Shown here: piece by piece, positions 47,945-59,770 of the stretch
Numbering within the stretch: the first letter of the stretch is position 1
Layout: each line of letters begins with the position of its first letter
NCBI GenBank assembly: GCA_977017645.1
Contig: OZ360242.1
Location: 20,584,001-20,648,000 of the forward strand
Origin: Torpedo marmorata
Taxonomy: Eukaryota
Direction: 5' to 3'
DNA: 64,000 nucleotides
Position numbers and translations under genes: made by a program
Notes under the pieces: generated by a model
Database searches by the model: none
What the model saw: only the letters and a program-made list of their open reading frames with translations
Told to the model about the DNA's origin: nothing

Positions 47945-48220
47945 ATCCAAATCATTTTTTTTATTGCACAGTCAGTTCGTTTACATTTTTGTTTACGTTG
48001 TGTACAGTTTTTTTGCGCTACCAATAAGTGGTAATTCTGCCTCGCCTGCAAGAAAAAGAATCTCAGGGTTGTATGTTGTTGGTGCACCGCTTAGCCAAGT
48101 TTTCAATCTCCCTCCTGTACGCTGACTCATTGCCCCTTTTTATACAACCCACTACCGTGGTATTGTCAATGAATTTGTAGGTGGTGGTGTTGTTGTACCG
48201 AGCCACACAGTCATAGGTAG
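47945..48220. mobile_element. Rex family A fragments: a + strand 3'UTR joined to a - strand RT piece
   Basis: About 47960-48077 matches 10545-10665; about 48078-48180 is the reverse complement of about 3320-3425. Confidence 0.6.
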
Positions 48221-48434
48221 TTAATCAGCTGCTTTACGATTAGAGGGTTTATGTGACTCTCAAAGTAAGTTTTCTGGAAATCTATTTCAGAAGCTCTGAA
48301 CCCTTCTAGATATCAATCATTATGAAGCTTCATGTAACCAAAATCATTTTGCATTGTGTTAAGTTTTGCGGCTTTATATTTTAATTAGGAAACATTTCTA
48401 AATATGCAAGAATTTTTTAAAATTTCATTTCCAG

Positions 48435-48555
48435 AAAAGCCAACCTCTTTGTTTCATTCCTAATTGACGTGGGACTTGGAATGTTGCTGATCTCATGGCT
48501 TTATCAGAAGAATCGTATTGGCCAGTTAGCAGATGCTCTCATTCCAGCTGCTGAT
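48435..48555 (+). CDS. PIGQ: PIGQ coding exon 3 (121 nt)
   Basis: Acceptor TTTCATTTCCAG; [40 protein letters not shown]; donor GAT|GTAAGA. Confidence 0.94.
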
Positions 48556-49079
48556 GTAAGACTTTTTTTTAATCAGTTAAGGGTATGAATATTGTGAACT
48601 GTTGAGAGAAAATTTGACATCCTGCTGCTTTGGGGTGGGGTGGGGGGGGGGGCAAGACAGAGAAACACAAAAAAGTGGGTATGAGCTTTGTGATCACTCA
48701 TGTTTTGTAAAGAGGAAAATGCATGTTCTGTAATAATTATATCAGAGGCATCCTGCCCTTTGAGTTTGGTTATGTTTCTCACCAGAAGTAGAATTTTAGA
48801 GTAGCTCCAGTTTGTTGTTATAGAATGGGAGATACAGATACTTGTCATTTATTCATAGATGTTACCAAATTTGAATTTAGTATAGAATCATAGTGCAGCA
48901 CCGAAAGAGGACATTCAGCTGTTTGAGTGTGGCGGCCGGCTCGATCTCCACGGTGGCCGGCCGCCACACTCATCTATTTAAGCTTCAATGATTTTGATCA
49001 TTCTTTTCTCAGCACCATGAAGAACATCCACAGATTTTTTATCTATTCACAGAACTGTAATCGCTCAAACATTCAAATA

Positions 49080-49780
49080 AAACTCCATTGACTCTCCAAA
49101 GTCTTCTCATCCTTTCTAAACTGTGGTGCCCAGAATTGGATACAATACTCCAACTCGAACCAAATTAGTTTTGTATAAGTTTAACTCAACTACCTCAAAT
49201 TTGTATTCTACTTTGTTAAATAGCCCAAAACCATGAGCTTTATTAAGTTCTTTTTTAACATGTCCTTCCACTTTCAAGTATTCGTGCATCTTTAAGATTC
49301 CATTTAGCTTATATGTTTGATCCCTATTCTTTCTAATAAAATATTTTGTTTCACACTTTGCCCCATTGAATATCAACTGCTGCATCAGCCATTCCACCAA
49401 CTTGTTTTTGTCATCTTGAGTGTTATTATAATTTTCCTCCAAATTTACTGCACTTCCCGGTTTCATGGCATCTGCAAGATTTGCCCTAACTCTCAGGCAT
49501 TAATGTATATCAAAAACAGCAGGAAATTTAACACTGAACTGTGGGGAACTCTGTGTTCCTTCACTACAACCGTGTTCCATCCCTTCAGCAGTTTTATATT
49601 TGTGATGCTACTACCACTTTATCCCACTGCTTTCTGTTTTGCTTCTGACATGCTTTATCAAACCTCCTTTAGAACATCTATCTACACCACATCAACATTA
49701 CTGGCATCCATCTTCTCTGTTATCTCATGAAAAAAAACAAGAAAAAATATTCAGTACGAGTTGCCTTTGGCTGCTTTGCC
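49080..49780 (-). mobile_element. Old degenerate CR1 fragment
   Basis: Minus-strand remnants KLVEW...FN..KC, LYK..VR..LEY.IQFWAP. Confidence 0.55.
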
Positions 49781-49844
49781 AAATACCATCTGAATATCCA
49801 TGAAAGCAATGACATTTAACTGGTAAAGAGATTATCGTATACAC

Positions 49845-52800
49845 TGTGGAAATTGTAATAACGTGCCGAGACAATTTCTCACTTTTGACAACGCAAGTGC
49901 GCGTCTTTTATTTACCTCTGCTTTGACCACCACTTATATATGTGTTGTTTTACTTCCGCATTCCAATCCATCACCGCGGCAAGCCAGAGCTTACGTACTT
50001 AAAGTGACAGTGTACTTTTAATACCACATCATTAATGAACATAGATTCCCAAAACCCCCAGTCACATTGCTATAAGGTGAATTATGTCCATAAGGTCCAC
50101 TACACACGTCCCCCCAGAATTCACCTTAACAGGAGCTATGAGGGAAAACAGACAATATCAACAATTAACGATGAGGCGGGCATATAATCCGGCCATAACG
50201 ACTTCTCTGAGTGACATGGTCAGACAACTTGGCCTGCGTCGTATCAGGAGTCTTGACAGGGGCTGGGGTTACCTGTGATGGCCCCTTGAGGGATCCAAGC
50301 TCGCCTGGAGGACGTCCCCGTCGCGGGGGCAGGGCAAACTTCACGGGTCTGTCCAAATCCAGATGGGCAGGCTTAAGGCGGTCCACTGAAATGCGATCCT
50401 CTTTACCCCCCACGTCAATAATAAAGTGCTTTTCCCCCGCCTTCAAGACACGAAAAGGGCCATCATAGGGACGCTGTAGCGGCCCCCGATGTGCATCATG
50501 GCGAATGAAAACGTACTCACTTGACTGCAGATTGGTCGGAGTATAGGACCCTGGCAGGCCGTGCTGTGAAGTAGGAACAGATGCAAAAAGCTTTGCTTTG
50601 TCGTGAAAGTCTGTTCTTTGACAGGCAGCAGACCAGGGGCTAGTAGCGTCAGGAATGAAATCCCCCTGGCACCCGCAGCAGCTGACCATAGACCAACTTC
50701 GCCGATGAAGCTTGTAGGTCCTCCTTGGGTGCAGTCCTGAGGCGAAGCATGACCCAAGGGAGCCTGTCGACCCAGCCACCATCCTTGAGGCTGGCACGGA
50801 GTGCGGCCTTCATTGAGCGGTGAAAACGTTCACACAAGCCATTAGCTTGTGGGTGGAAGGCAGTGGTACGGTGGAGCCTCATTCCCAGGCTGTCTGCGAT
50901 AGCATTCCAGAGCTCCGAGGTAAACTGCGAGCCTCGGTCTGAAGAGAGGTCAGAGGGAGTGCCAAAGCAGGCCACCCATGTCCCGATGAATGCCCGTGCC
51001 ATCTCCGCGGTGGTTGCCCCCGTTAACGGCACAGCCTCTGGCCATCGGGTGGTCCTGTCCACCATGGTGAGGAGGTAAGTGAAACCAAGAGAAGAAGGGA
51101 GTGGGCCTACAAGGTCCACATTCACATGGTCGAACCTCCGCTCAGGCACAGGGAACTGTGCTAAGGGCGCTTTTGTGTGGTGATGAATTTTAGCACGCTG
51201 ACACTCAACACAAGTGTCTGCCCAGTCCCGCACGTCCTTCTTAAGGCAGTGCCAAACAAACTTGGATGCCACCAGTCTTTGGGATGGTTTCTTACCAGGA
51301 TGGGACAGGCCGTGCACAGCATCGAATACACGGCGCCTCCAGGTAGTTGGAATGATTGGGCGGCATTCTTAAGTCCAAATGGCATCCTTAGGAATTCAAA
51401 CAGCCCAAAGGGAGTGATCACAGCTGTCTTAGGGACATCTAACGGGTGTACAGGCACTTGGTGATATCCGCAGACCAGGTCCACTTTAGAAAAAATAACC
51501 TTACCCGCCAGGTGTGATGAAAAGTCCTGGATGTAGGGTACTGGATATCTGTCCGGTGTTGTAACATTGTTTAGTCTGCGGTAATCGCCACATGGACGCC
51601 ATTCCCCCCCCCGTGCTTGGGGACCATATGGAGGGGAGAAAACCACGAGCTGCTGGAGCGACGGATGATTCCCAGGCGCTCCATGTTGTCAAATTCGGCT
51701 TTGGCAATGTTGAGCTTAGCTGGGGCCAGCCGTCGTGCGCGTGCATGGACTGGTGGGCCGGTGGTGGCAATGTAGTGTTCGACTCCGTGTTTGGTGACAG
51801 ATGATGAAAATGTGGGCTGCGTGAGTGCTGGAAACTCTGCGAGCAGGCGGTGAAACTCGTCAGCCTGAGAAAGCACTGTAGACAATCCGATATTGTTCAC
51901 GTCACTGAGAGCACAGTTTAATGAGCAGAAAGTTGTGGCATTAATCAGGCATCGGTTTTTCATATCTACCAACAGTCCATAAGCACACAAAAAATCTGCT
52001 CCCAAAATGGGAAAAGCCACATTAGCAGTAATAAAATCCCAGCTGAACCGCTGCCCACTGAAAAACAGTTCAACATGCCGAGTGCCAAAAGTGCGGATGG
52101 GACTGCCGTTAGCAGCCTCTAGCGGGGGCCCACGTGCGTCCGCCAGGATGTCCAGTCTCGACGCAGGTAGGATGCTTCTCATCGCGCCACTGTCACAGAG
52201 AAACCGGCGCCCGGAGATGGTGTCCTAGATGAACAGCAGCCGCCCGGTGCGGCCGACACTCACAGCCACTAATGAACGCCGGCCCTGGCGTTTCCCTTCT
52301 CCGTGTAGCTGCAGGGCGCCCGGCAGCGCCTGGCCCTGGATCCGAATTTTGCATGGTAAAAACACATACCGTGTTCTGGACGTTGGCGGGACGGCACGGC
52401 TGCAGCGGCGAACTCCACACCATCAGGGACAGGAGCAGCAGTGTGGAAATCAAAGCCCGGTGTAGCAGCAACATAGGTGGGAAAAACAGTGGAAGCCGTG
52501 CCATGGTGCTGGCTAGCCAGAAAAAAACGATCTGCCTCCTCAGCCAGTGCACGGCAGTCGGTAATGCTGGTGTTGGCTAAAGCGGCTCGTACCTGTGCAG
52601 GCAGCTGTCTCAAAAAGAGCTGCTTGAAGAGGAAACCAGGCTTGTGCTCCCCTAAGAGGTCCAGCATCCTGTCCATAAGTTCAGTGGGCTGACTGTCTCC
52701 CAAGCCTTGCAGAGAAAATAGCCGGTTTGCTCTCTCGGCATCGGAAAGTTCAAAAGTCTTTAACAGGTGAGCCTTTAGTGCATCGTACTTATTCTCTGTC

Positions 52801-53290
52801 AGAGGGTTCCTTTACAGGCTGACCACCCGTGTTGCAGTGGAACTGCTGAGCGCTGAAACCACGTAGTAATATTTGGTGGTGTCCACCGTAATGTCCCGCA
52901 GGGCGAACTGTGCCTCTGCTTGAGCAAACCAGGCCGAGGCGGATGATTCCCAAAACTCTGGAAGCTTCAGAGCCACTGCGTTCGTTGTCATCGTGATCAA
53001 GGAGACTGTGCGATACGTCGGGGTTACCAGTGTGGAAATTGTAATAACGTGCCGAGACAATTTCTTACTTTTAACAACACAAGTGCGCGTCTTTTATTTA
53101 CCTCTGCTTTGACCACCACTTATATATGTGTTGTTTTACTTCCGCATTCCAATCCATCACCGCGGCAAGCCAGAGCTTATGTGCTTAAAGTGACAGTGTG
53201 CTTTTAATACCACATCATTAATGAACATAGATTCCCAAAACCCCCAGTCACATTGCTATAAGGTGAATTATGTCCATAAGGTCCACTACA
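49845..53290 (-). mobile_element. CsRn1-clade Gypsy LTR retrotransposon with an internal RT/RNase H deletion
   Basis: 260-bp LTRs 49845-50104 and 53031-53290 (6 mismatches counted), 4-bp TSD ACAC, tRNA-Trp-type PBS TGGTAACCCCGACGT (53015-53029), PPT, Gag KLPEFW plus CHCC motif CFYHAKFGSRARRCRAPC, PR, RT N-terminus, IN with GPF motif. Confidence 0.93.
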
Positions 53291-53685
53291 ACACATAAAT
53301 ATATTTGCTTTATATGGGCAAAAATAACAGGGAATTTGTGAGGGATTTTAAAAATACGATTACCGTAAATCTGTTAAATTGCATTTAAACCAAATTGTAC
53401 GAGTGGCGTGAACTATGTTGTCGATGTTGCTACTTAAAGAAATCTGACATAAATGCAATGTGATACACAATAAGTAGCTGCACACAAAACTCAACGGGAA
53501 ACTTTGCTGCTCTTCTCACAGTAAAAAGTGTTCTTGGTATAAAATAAATTACTTGTGCATTTGTAAAATATTACATCATAAAGCTGGAGCTATGCTGCTT
53601 GTGATCCTAGACATATGCATGCTTTCTATGATAAAAAATCTGTGATTATATGACATTAATTAACAATTACATTTTGCAACAACAG

Positions 53686-53812
53686 CATATTGCCAAAGAG
53701 TTGCAGAAACTGTTGGAGTGGCTGATGGGTGCTCCTGCTGGTTTGAAGATGAACAAAGCACTAGATGAAGTACTGGGACGTTTCTTTCTTTATCACATCC
53801 ATCTTTGGATAA
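53686..53812 (+). CDS. PIGQ: PIGQ coding exon 4 (127 nt; Gpi1 domain)
   Basis: Acceptor CAACAG; [42 protein letters not shown], containing the conserved WLMGxPAGLK motif; donor A|GTAGGT. Confidence 0.96.
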
Positions 53813-54947
53813 GTAGGTAACTTTTTGAATAAGCAAAATAAATGTCCATGTTGCCTGACATTTCAGAAATGTATAACTTGGGTGACTTTAGATTTTTAAA
53901 GCAATTGGTGACTTCACATTTTTTACAGCAATTCATTTCCAAAATTCTAAACTTGAAGCAAAATTTAAAATGGCTCCGCAAAAAAAAAATCAAAAGTTCT
54001 CAGTAGTGAGTCAGCATCTTTGGAGTAACTTCGGTACCCAGAAGTTGACCACATTGTGCCACTCTTTTCTGCAATACTTGATCTAGTTTCAATTTAAAAA
54101 AATCAAACACAATTGAAGATCATGATATAAGTTGCATAACAATCACGTTTTTTGTTCTAGTCTGATGTTGCTAACACAAGAATGAGCAGGGCAGGTGGAA
54201 TACAGTGGCATGCAATATGCATCTGGGTGCCAGTTCTTGAATTTTCTTTTATGCATGCAACATTTGTAGGTAGTTCACACAGAGTTAAGCTTATCACAAA
54301 GCTTATGGCCTGCTTCAGCATGACTAAGAATCTTGCTCAGCAGATCCAAGCTGGCCCAAGGAACCTTATTTAAGATGCTTGTAAGGTGGGCACCTGGTAT
54401 GTCCCATTATCCCCAACTTACAATCTTTGCCTCATCCACCTTCCCCTCCCCCCACACCACTGCAATAAAATCCTCCCCCCTTTCTCAGACTTTGGGCCAC
54501 TGATCCTATCCACCCACTGCAGATAATCCTTGCTCAATTCATCAATTGTTCCAGATCCCCTTTCTGATTCCTGGTCCAAGCATGGACTTGCCTGATTTTC
54601 TTCATACTTTTAGCAAAGGAATAATATACAAAATAAATGCCTTAAAAATTACTGTTGTTAACAGTTGTGCACAGCACCTTTTGCCTTGTATACACTGAAT
54701 TATCCAACAACAGGTCTTTAAACTAAATGGTGGTCGATAATCCAACTGGTTAATGTGTCATAGCTAACACTGGCCAATTACTAGATATTAGTTAACCCTT
54801 GTCTGTTTTAGAGTTTTCAGTCTATTCATTTTATTGCACATTTCTATGAACTAATTTGAAAATTTCTTCCTCAATACTTTAATGTTCTAAACAAGTAATG
54901 CTTTGATCAATGTTATGATATCAATTCGGCACATATTTATTCTACAG

Positions 54948-55101
54948 GTTATATCCATCTGATGTCTCCATTTATTGAAATGATCCTGTGGTATGTTGGA
55001 CTGTCGGCATGTCTAGGCTTGACTGTGGCCTTATCCATTGTTTCTGACATTATTGCTCTCCTGACATTTCATATCTACTGTTTTTATGTATATGGGGCCA
55101 G
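54948..55101 (+). CDS. PIGQ: PIGQ coding exon 5 (154 nt; transmembrane Gpi1 region); the gene continues beyond the window
   Basis: Acceptor TTATTCTACAG; [52 protein letters not shown]; donor AG|GTAAGG. Confidence 0.96.
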
Positions 55102-56799
55102 GTAAGGCGTTACCCTTTTTCAAGAATTTAGAACAGATTAATACCGAGAAACACAGAAAGACCAGAAAAATTGAACTGAGAAAACAAAAGCATTTGTTGC
55201 ATTCAGGGATGGTAATTGCTCCTTTACAACCCAGGTAGTCAGTAGAAATTGTTTTGCATACAAGAATCAATAGCATTCCAAATCTGTACTTAACCAAATA
55301 AACTGGCCAAGACTGCCTCAGTGGTGTTAACCATGGCATTCCCTATTGACCTAAATGAATGTGATTAACTGAGGGAAAGGCTATGGATGTGCCCTGCTTG
55401 TTCTGCCGCATGTTCAGAAGCTTTATAACTTCATAACTCAATATTTGATGCTTCAGTGAGTGGAACTATATAATGTTTAATATTTTAATTCATAAATAAT
55501 GTGCCATTTGCAGCATTTCTACAACTTGGTATAGCATTAGTTTGGCATTTCCTGTGTTTTGTTTTTCAAGAAGTATTTATAACCAACCATTCCTTTAAAT
55601 AATCCAAAATAGTAAATACTGTTAGAATAAAAATGCAATTCCAAATATTTCCACTCAAAATCGTAAACTCTATTTTGAAGTTAGAAATATAGCTGTGATG
55701 GAGATTATATTCATAATTTGAGTAATTTTAATAATGCACAGGTGGCTTTCACTCTCCTTGCTTGAATTTTAACATCACTAATCTGTAGAAATAGTTATTG
55801 TTTTCACTAGGTTTTCTCTCTGTGCTATGACTGGAGAGCAGTTGAAAATTCATGCTTTTGAATTAGAAACTTTCTCACCTAAATATTTTATGATGTACGT
55901 TGGGACTCAAATTTGCTCTAGTTGGTGCTTCAGTTACTTTTATTACATTTGATCTGTACATGAACCAACAAGGATTACTTGATGTTGCTATTAACTGCTA
56001 AATACAAAATTATTTAATTGAAAGGCGAGAAGTATTTGGTGAAATATTGGTATATTTATATTGCATCTGCCAATGCCATTTGTTTAAACATCAGTGAGAG
56101 GAAAAAGTATGTGTAGCTCCATTTATAAGAAGACCAAGGCAGATAATTACTTGATATTTGAAATGGTACATGTATTTTTAAAATACATTCTTGCGGAAAC
56201 AGTTGAAAAATATTAATGTTAAAAATAAGTTATATATGCTGTATTCCAGCGGTTTCAGGAAGATAAATGGAAATTAGTATGCTTCAAATGAGCTGAAAGT
56301 TTTTTAAACACAAATTTCCACTGAATTTAAAACATAAAAATGAATGTTGGGAAGACCAGAAGATCATTCACCCCTCTTTAAGTTTGTATTTGAGACTAAA
56401 ACAGGAATCAGTCTTCCTGGTGATCTTCCCACTGTTTTTTTTTTAATTGCCACCATAATTTACAGTGCTTCCAGTGATCTCTCCAGTGCTTTTAAAAGTG
56501 TCAGTATAATTTCTTAGTTGTGTTTCGGGATTATCTTCCAAACCCTATAATTGACTGTGTAGACAACTTCCCATGTACAACATAACATTTTCATAGGGTT
56601 TCCTCATTCCAGATTCTGACTTTGTTTTCAATAAATATAAAATGTGATGAAACTAGATATCCAAACACTCGTTTTAAAAACAAGTTCCTTTTCATTTCTT
56701 AATCTTTTACCCGCTTTGTGTGATATACCGTCTATAAAAAAAAATGATCCAAGAAATAAGCCTTCATTCCATATCTGCCCAACATTTTACATCTCCAGA

Positions 56800-57050
56800 C
56801 AAATCAGCTGCGGCTAACAAGCCTTCTCTGCCCTCTCTCAGCCAACACCATTCCCATTCTGTCTGCCCTGGTCTCCATCTTCTTAACAGACATTCCCTTT
56901 GTTCCCTCCATCCCTCCTCTGCAACTTAAAATGTGTTTGATTTTTTTTTTCCTCGCTCTAAAGACGTCTTTGAGCTGGAACATTAAATCTGTCTTTCACC
57001 TCAGATTCTGCCTGACCTGTTTGGTATTTCTAGTATCTTCTGTTCTCATT
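56800..57050 (+). mobile_element. Degenerate Penelope-like pseudo-LTR remnant
   Basis: Resembles 30900-31020 joined to 31915-32000 (...CAACTTAAAATGTGTT...TGCCTGACCTG...). Confidence 0.45.
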
Positions 57051-58346
57051 GCTGCCTAATTTGTGTTGATTTTGCTTTCAGTGTGCATATAGTCCTTTGT
57101 TTGTACGTAACCAGGTTGGCACATCAAACTTAGGTATTTTGGCATTGTCCTGGCTCTCGCATATTTATCATGATGGAAGCACCTCTCTGAAAGATGGAGG
57201 ATGTTATTGGGATGAAGATGCAACTTTGTTTCCAGAAGGACCGTGTGGTCATTGCTCCTACCACTGCTGACACATAGAGGTGCATATGCAACCAATAGTT
57301 TAGCAAGGATGAGGTCAAGAAGGTTTATCTCTCATGTTGGTTTCTTCACTATCTATTCCTGACCTGATTTAACAGCTACATCCTTCAAGGCTCAGTCAGC
57401 TTGGTCAATGACCAAGCCATTCTTAGTGATGGATATTGATGTCCTCCACCCAGAATACAACATGTGCCCTTGCTACTTTTGCCACAGCTGCCAAGTCTTG
57501 CTGAACATGGAGGAATGTTTGTTGGGCCACTTGTACATTTATAGATGATCCTGTTTCCTTCCTATTAACCTTTCTTTGACAAGTTTCCATTAGGTGAGTT
57601 CAGTTATGTTCATCGTAAATAATAAGAGTGCTTTATCAATTATCCTTTCTGCAGTAACATTACATCATTTTGCTGTCATGTTCCAAAATGCTGCTCACAT
57701 TTTCAACCTATCTTGGTCATGTTTGTGAGAATGTTGCAACTGCAGCACTTATAGCTTGTACAGTGTGACCTTTTAAAATTCTGACCACAAATTAATGATA
57801 TTAGCCATTATGCCCCATTCAATACTATTAGCTTTGTTTCCAGTATTAACATTTCTTGTGAATACTTTTGCTGTCTTTCTTTATCCTGATGTGGAAGGCA
57901 TATACTAGAGAGCAGAAGGCCATTGTTATTTGTACAAGGTTCAATCAATGTGCAGCAATTGGAGTTTTTATTTTCCAAACAAAGGTACTTTTCAGTCACT
58001 ACTTCCAGGAAGAAAATGTGTTCCTCACAAGCAATTCTTACATTGCATAAAGCAGCACTGTTTGACAGATGTTGCAGTGTTATAAATGTGTGCAACTTGA
58101 ATATTGAAGTACTTTCTGTTACTTTATATTCTGTTTTCTCAAGCTGTCATGGATTATGGAATTGCAGTGGGTGCAAATATTGAGGAAGTAACAATAGCAT
58201 ACTGAATAGTTTTATCCAACTATTTCTTTGTATATTTTCCTTCGACTTTGCAGTTTGTTAAATAGGTGAGAACCTATTGAAAGTGATTAAGTTAGGCAAT
58301 ACTGCAATTAGAAGATGCAGGCTTTCAAAGCACTTTAATTTGAGGA

Positions 58347-58695
58347 TTTTCTTTCTTTTCAATTTTATTTATTGATTTTTAAAACAAATAAGGTCAAACA
58401 ATACAGAGGCAGTCAGTGCAAAAGTATACAATAAGTACAATACAAGTATAATAATAAAGAAAATTATAATTACAAATGTCATTAAGTCTCCTCTCAGATG
58501 TAATAATACAAGGAAAGAGCAATCAAGGAATGGCCACATAAAACTGACATACCCCCAAAACATAAAAGCAAAGGAAAAAAAAAAAGGAAAAGTGAAAAAA
58601 AGGAATCTAAACTACAACTAACTAACAGAAAAGGGGAGGAAATCTTTTGGGGATTTTCTAAACTAAAATTAAAATACTAAAATTAGGTTTACTTG
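58347..58695 (-). mobile_element. Probable L1 3'UTR remnant
   Basis: T-rich start with TTTATT followed by an A-rich body, like the L1 3' ends at 18651 and 27333; no coding evidence. Confidence 0.4.
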
Positions 58696-59770
58696 TTATT
58701 CCAGTTTTTTCATCTTTAAGATTATATTACCTGGCACTGTTTGGTGCATAAGGCAATTCAACCAGGTAAAATAACCAAACATGCCAAGAGTGAATAGCGT
58801 TAAGATTATTCGCAACAGAGGACTGAAAGATCTTTTAGTTCCTGAAAGGAAAATAAAGTAATGTATTGTCTTATCAAATTTAAGGCAGCAATTGTAGACA
58901 TCAGTCATTTTTATCATTGTAATTTCCAATTCTTAAAGTGAGAAATGGACTTGGAACTTAATTCAGCTCTTAATAAATTGTAGTGTACCTTCAGCATGAG
59001 TATACAGTGTATGAATATTTTCTCCTACAGTGTATCTTTAAGCAAAATAATATATTTGTTTGTGTACGTTTCTTCTTTTGGTTAATATCGTTCCAACGAA
59101 AGTTGTTCCCATGCATTTTCAAATGCAATTTTAACTTGTTTAAAATGAATGAAAGTTGCAACACATTGATGATACACCCTAAAAGACTGAAAATGTTTGA
59201 ACTGGAAAACCCAGAAACATCAAGTTGCTTGCATGAGTAAATATCCCAACTCTTTGATGGCTACTGCAATGATCTTTCACAAAATACTGATTTGAACTTT
59301 GTTGAGATAGCAAATAAATGGTGAATGCCTGCCCAGTCTCTTGGCTGACAGGCCCAATCCATTTTAATAATCATGCTTTATTTACGTCAAAGAATTAATT
59401 ACTGAACTATCTATCTTGGATGGCTTGCTGATGTAACTAAATTTTAAAAAATGAGTGGGAAAGGATTAAAGGAGTATTTGGTCCTGTCAAAAGAAACTGA
59501 ATGGATTAGTAAAAAATTGTATGCCAGAAGAATCATTCATGCTCCCTGCCATTTCAAAAATTAGCTGTATGGCTTTCAGCCTGAGAGGCCCGCATTGATC
59601 AGCCTCAGCCTCTGTCAAAGTGGAAGGTGCACGACTTTATCCAATGTACTTAAAAATTGCATTAGGGAACTAGATACCACTATTTTACTACTTCAATGAT
59701 GTGGCCAATAAAAATGTGGGTACTGTTATGCCTTTGTGTTGCTTGGGAGGCTTTTTAAATAACTAGGATA

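Noticed and set aside
55102-59770. Next PIGQ exon (expected LY.LK..GLSSLWRLFRGKKWN-like) or another host gene
   Set aside because: No matching frame with splice sites was found by eye; the exon probably lies beyond 64000.
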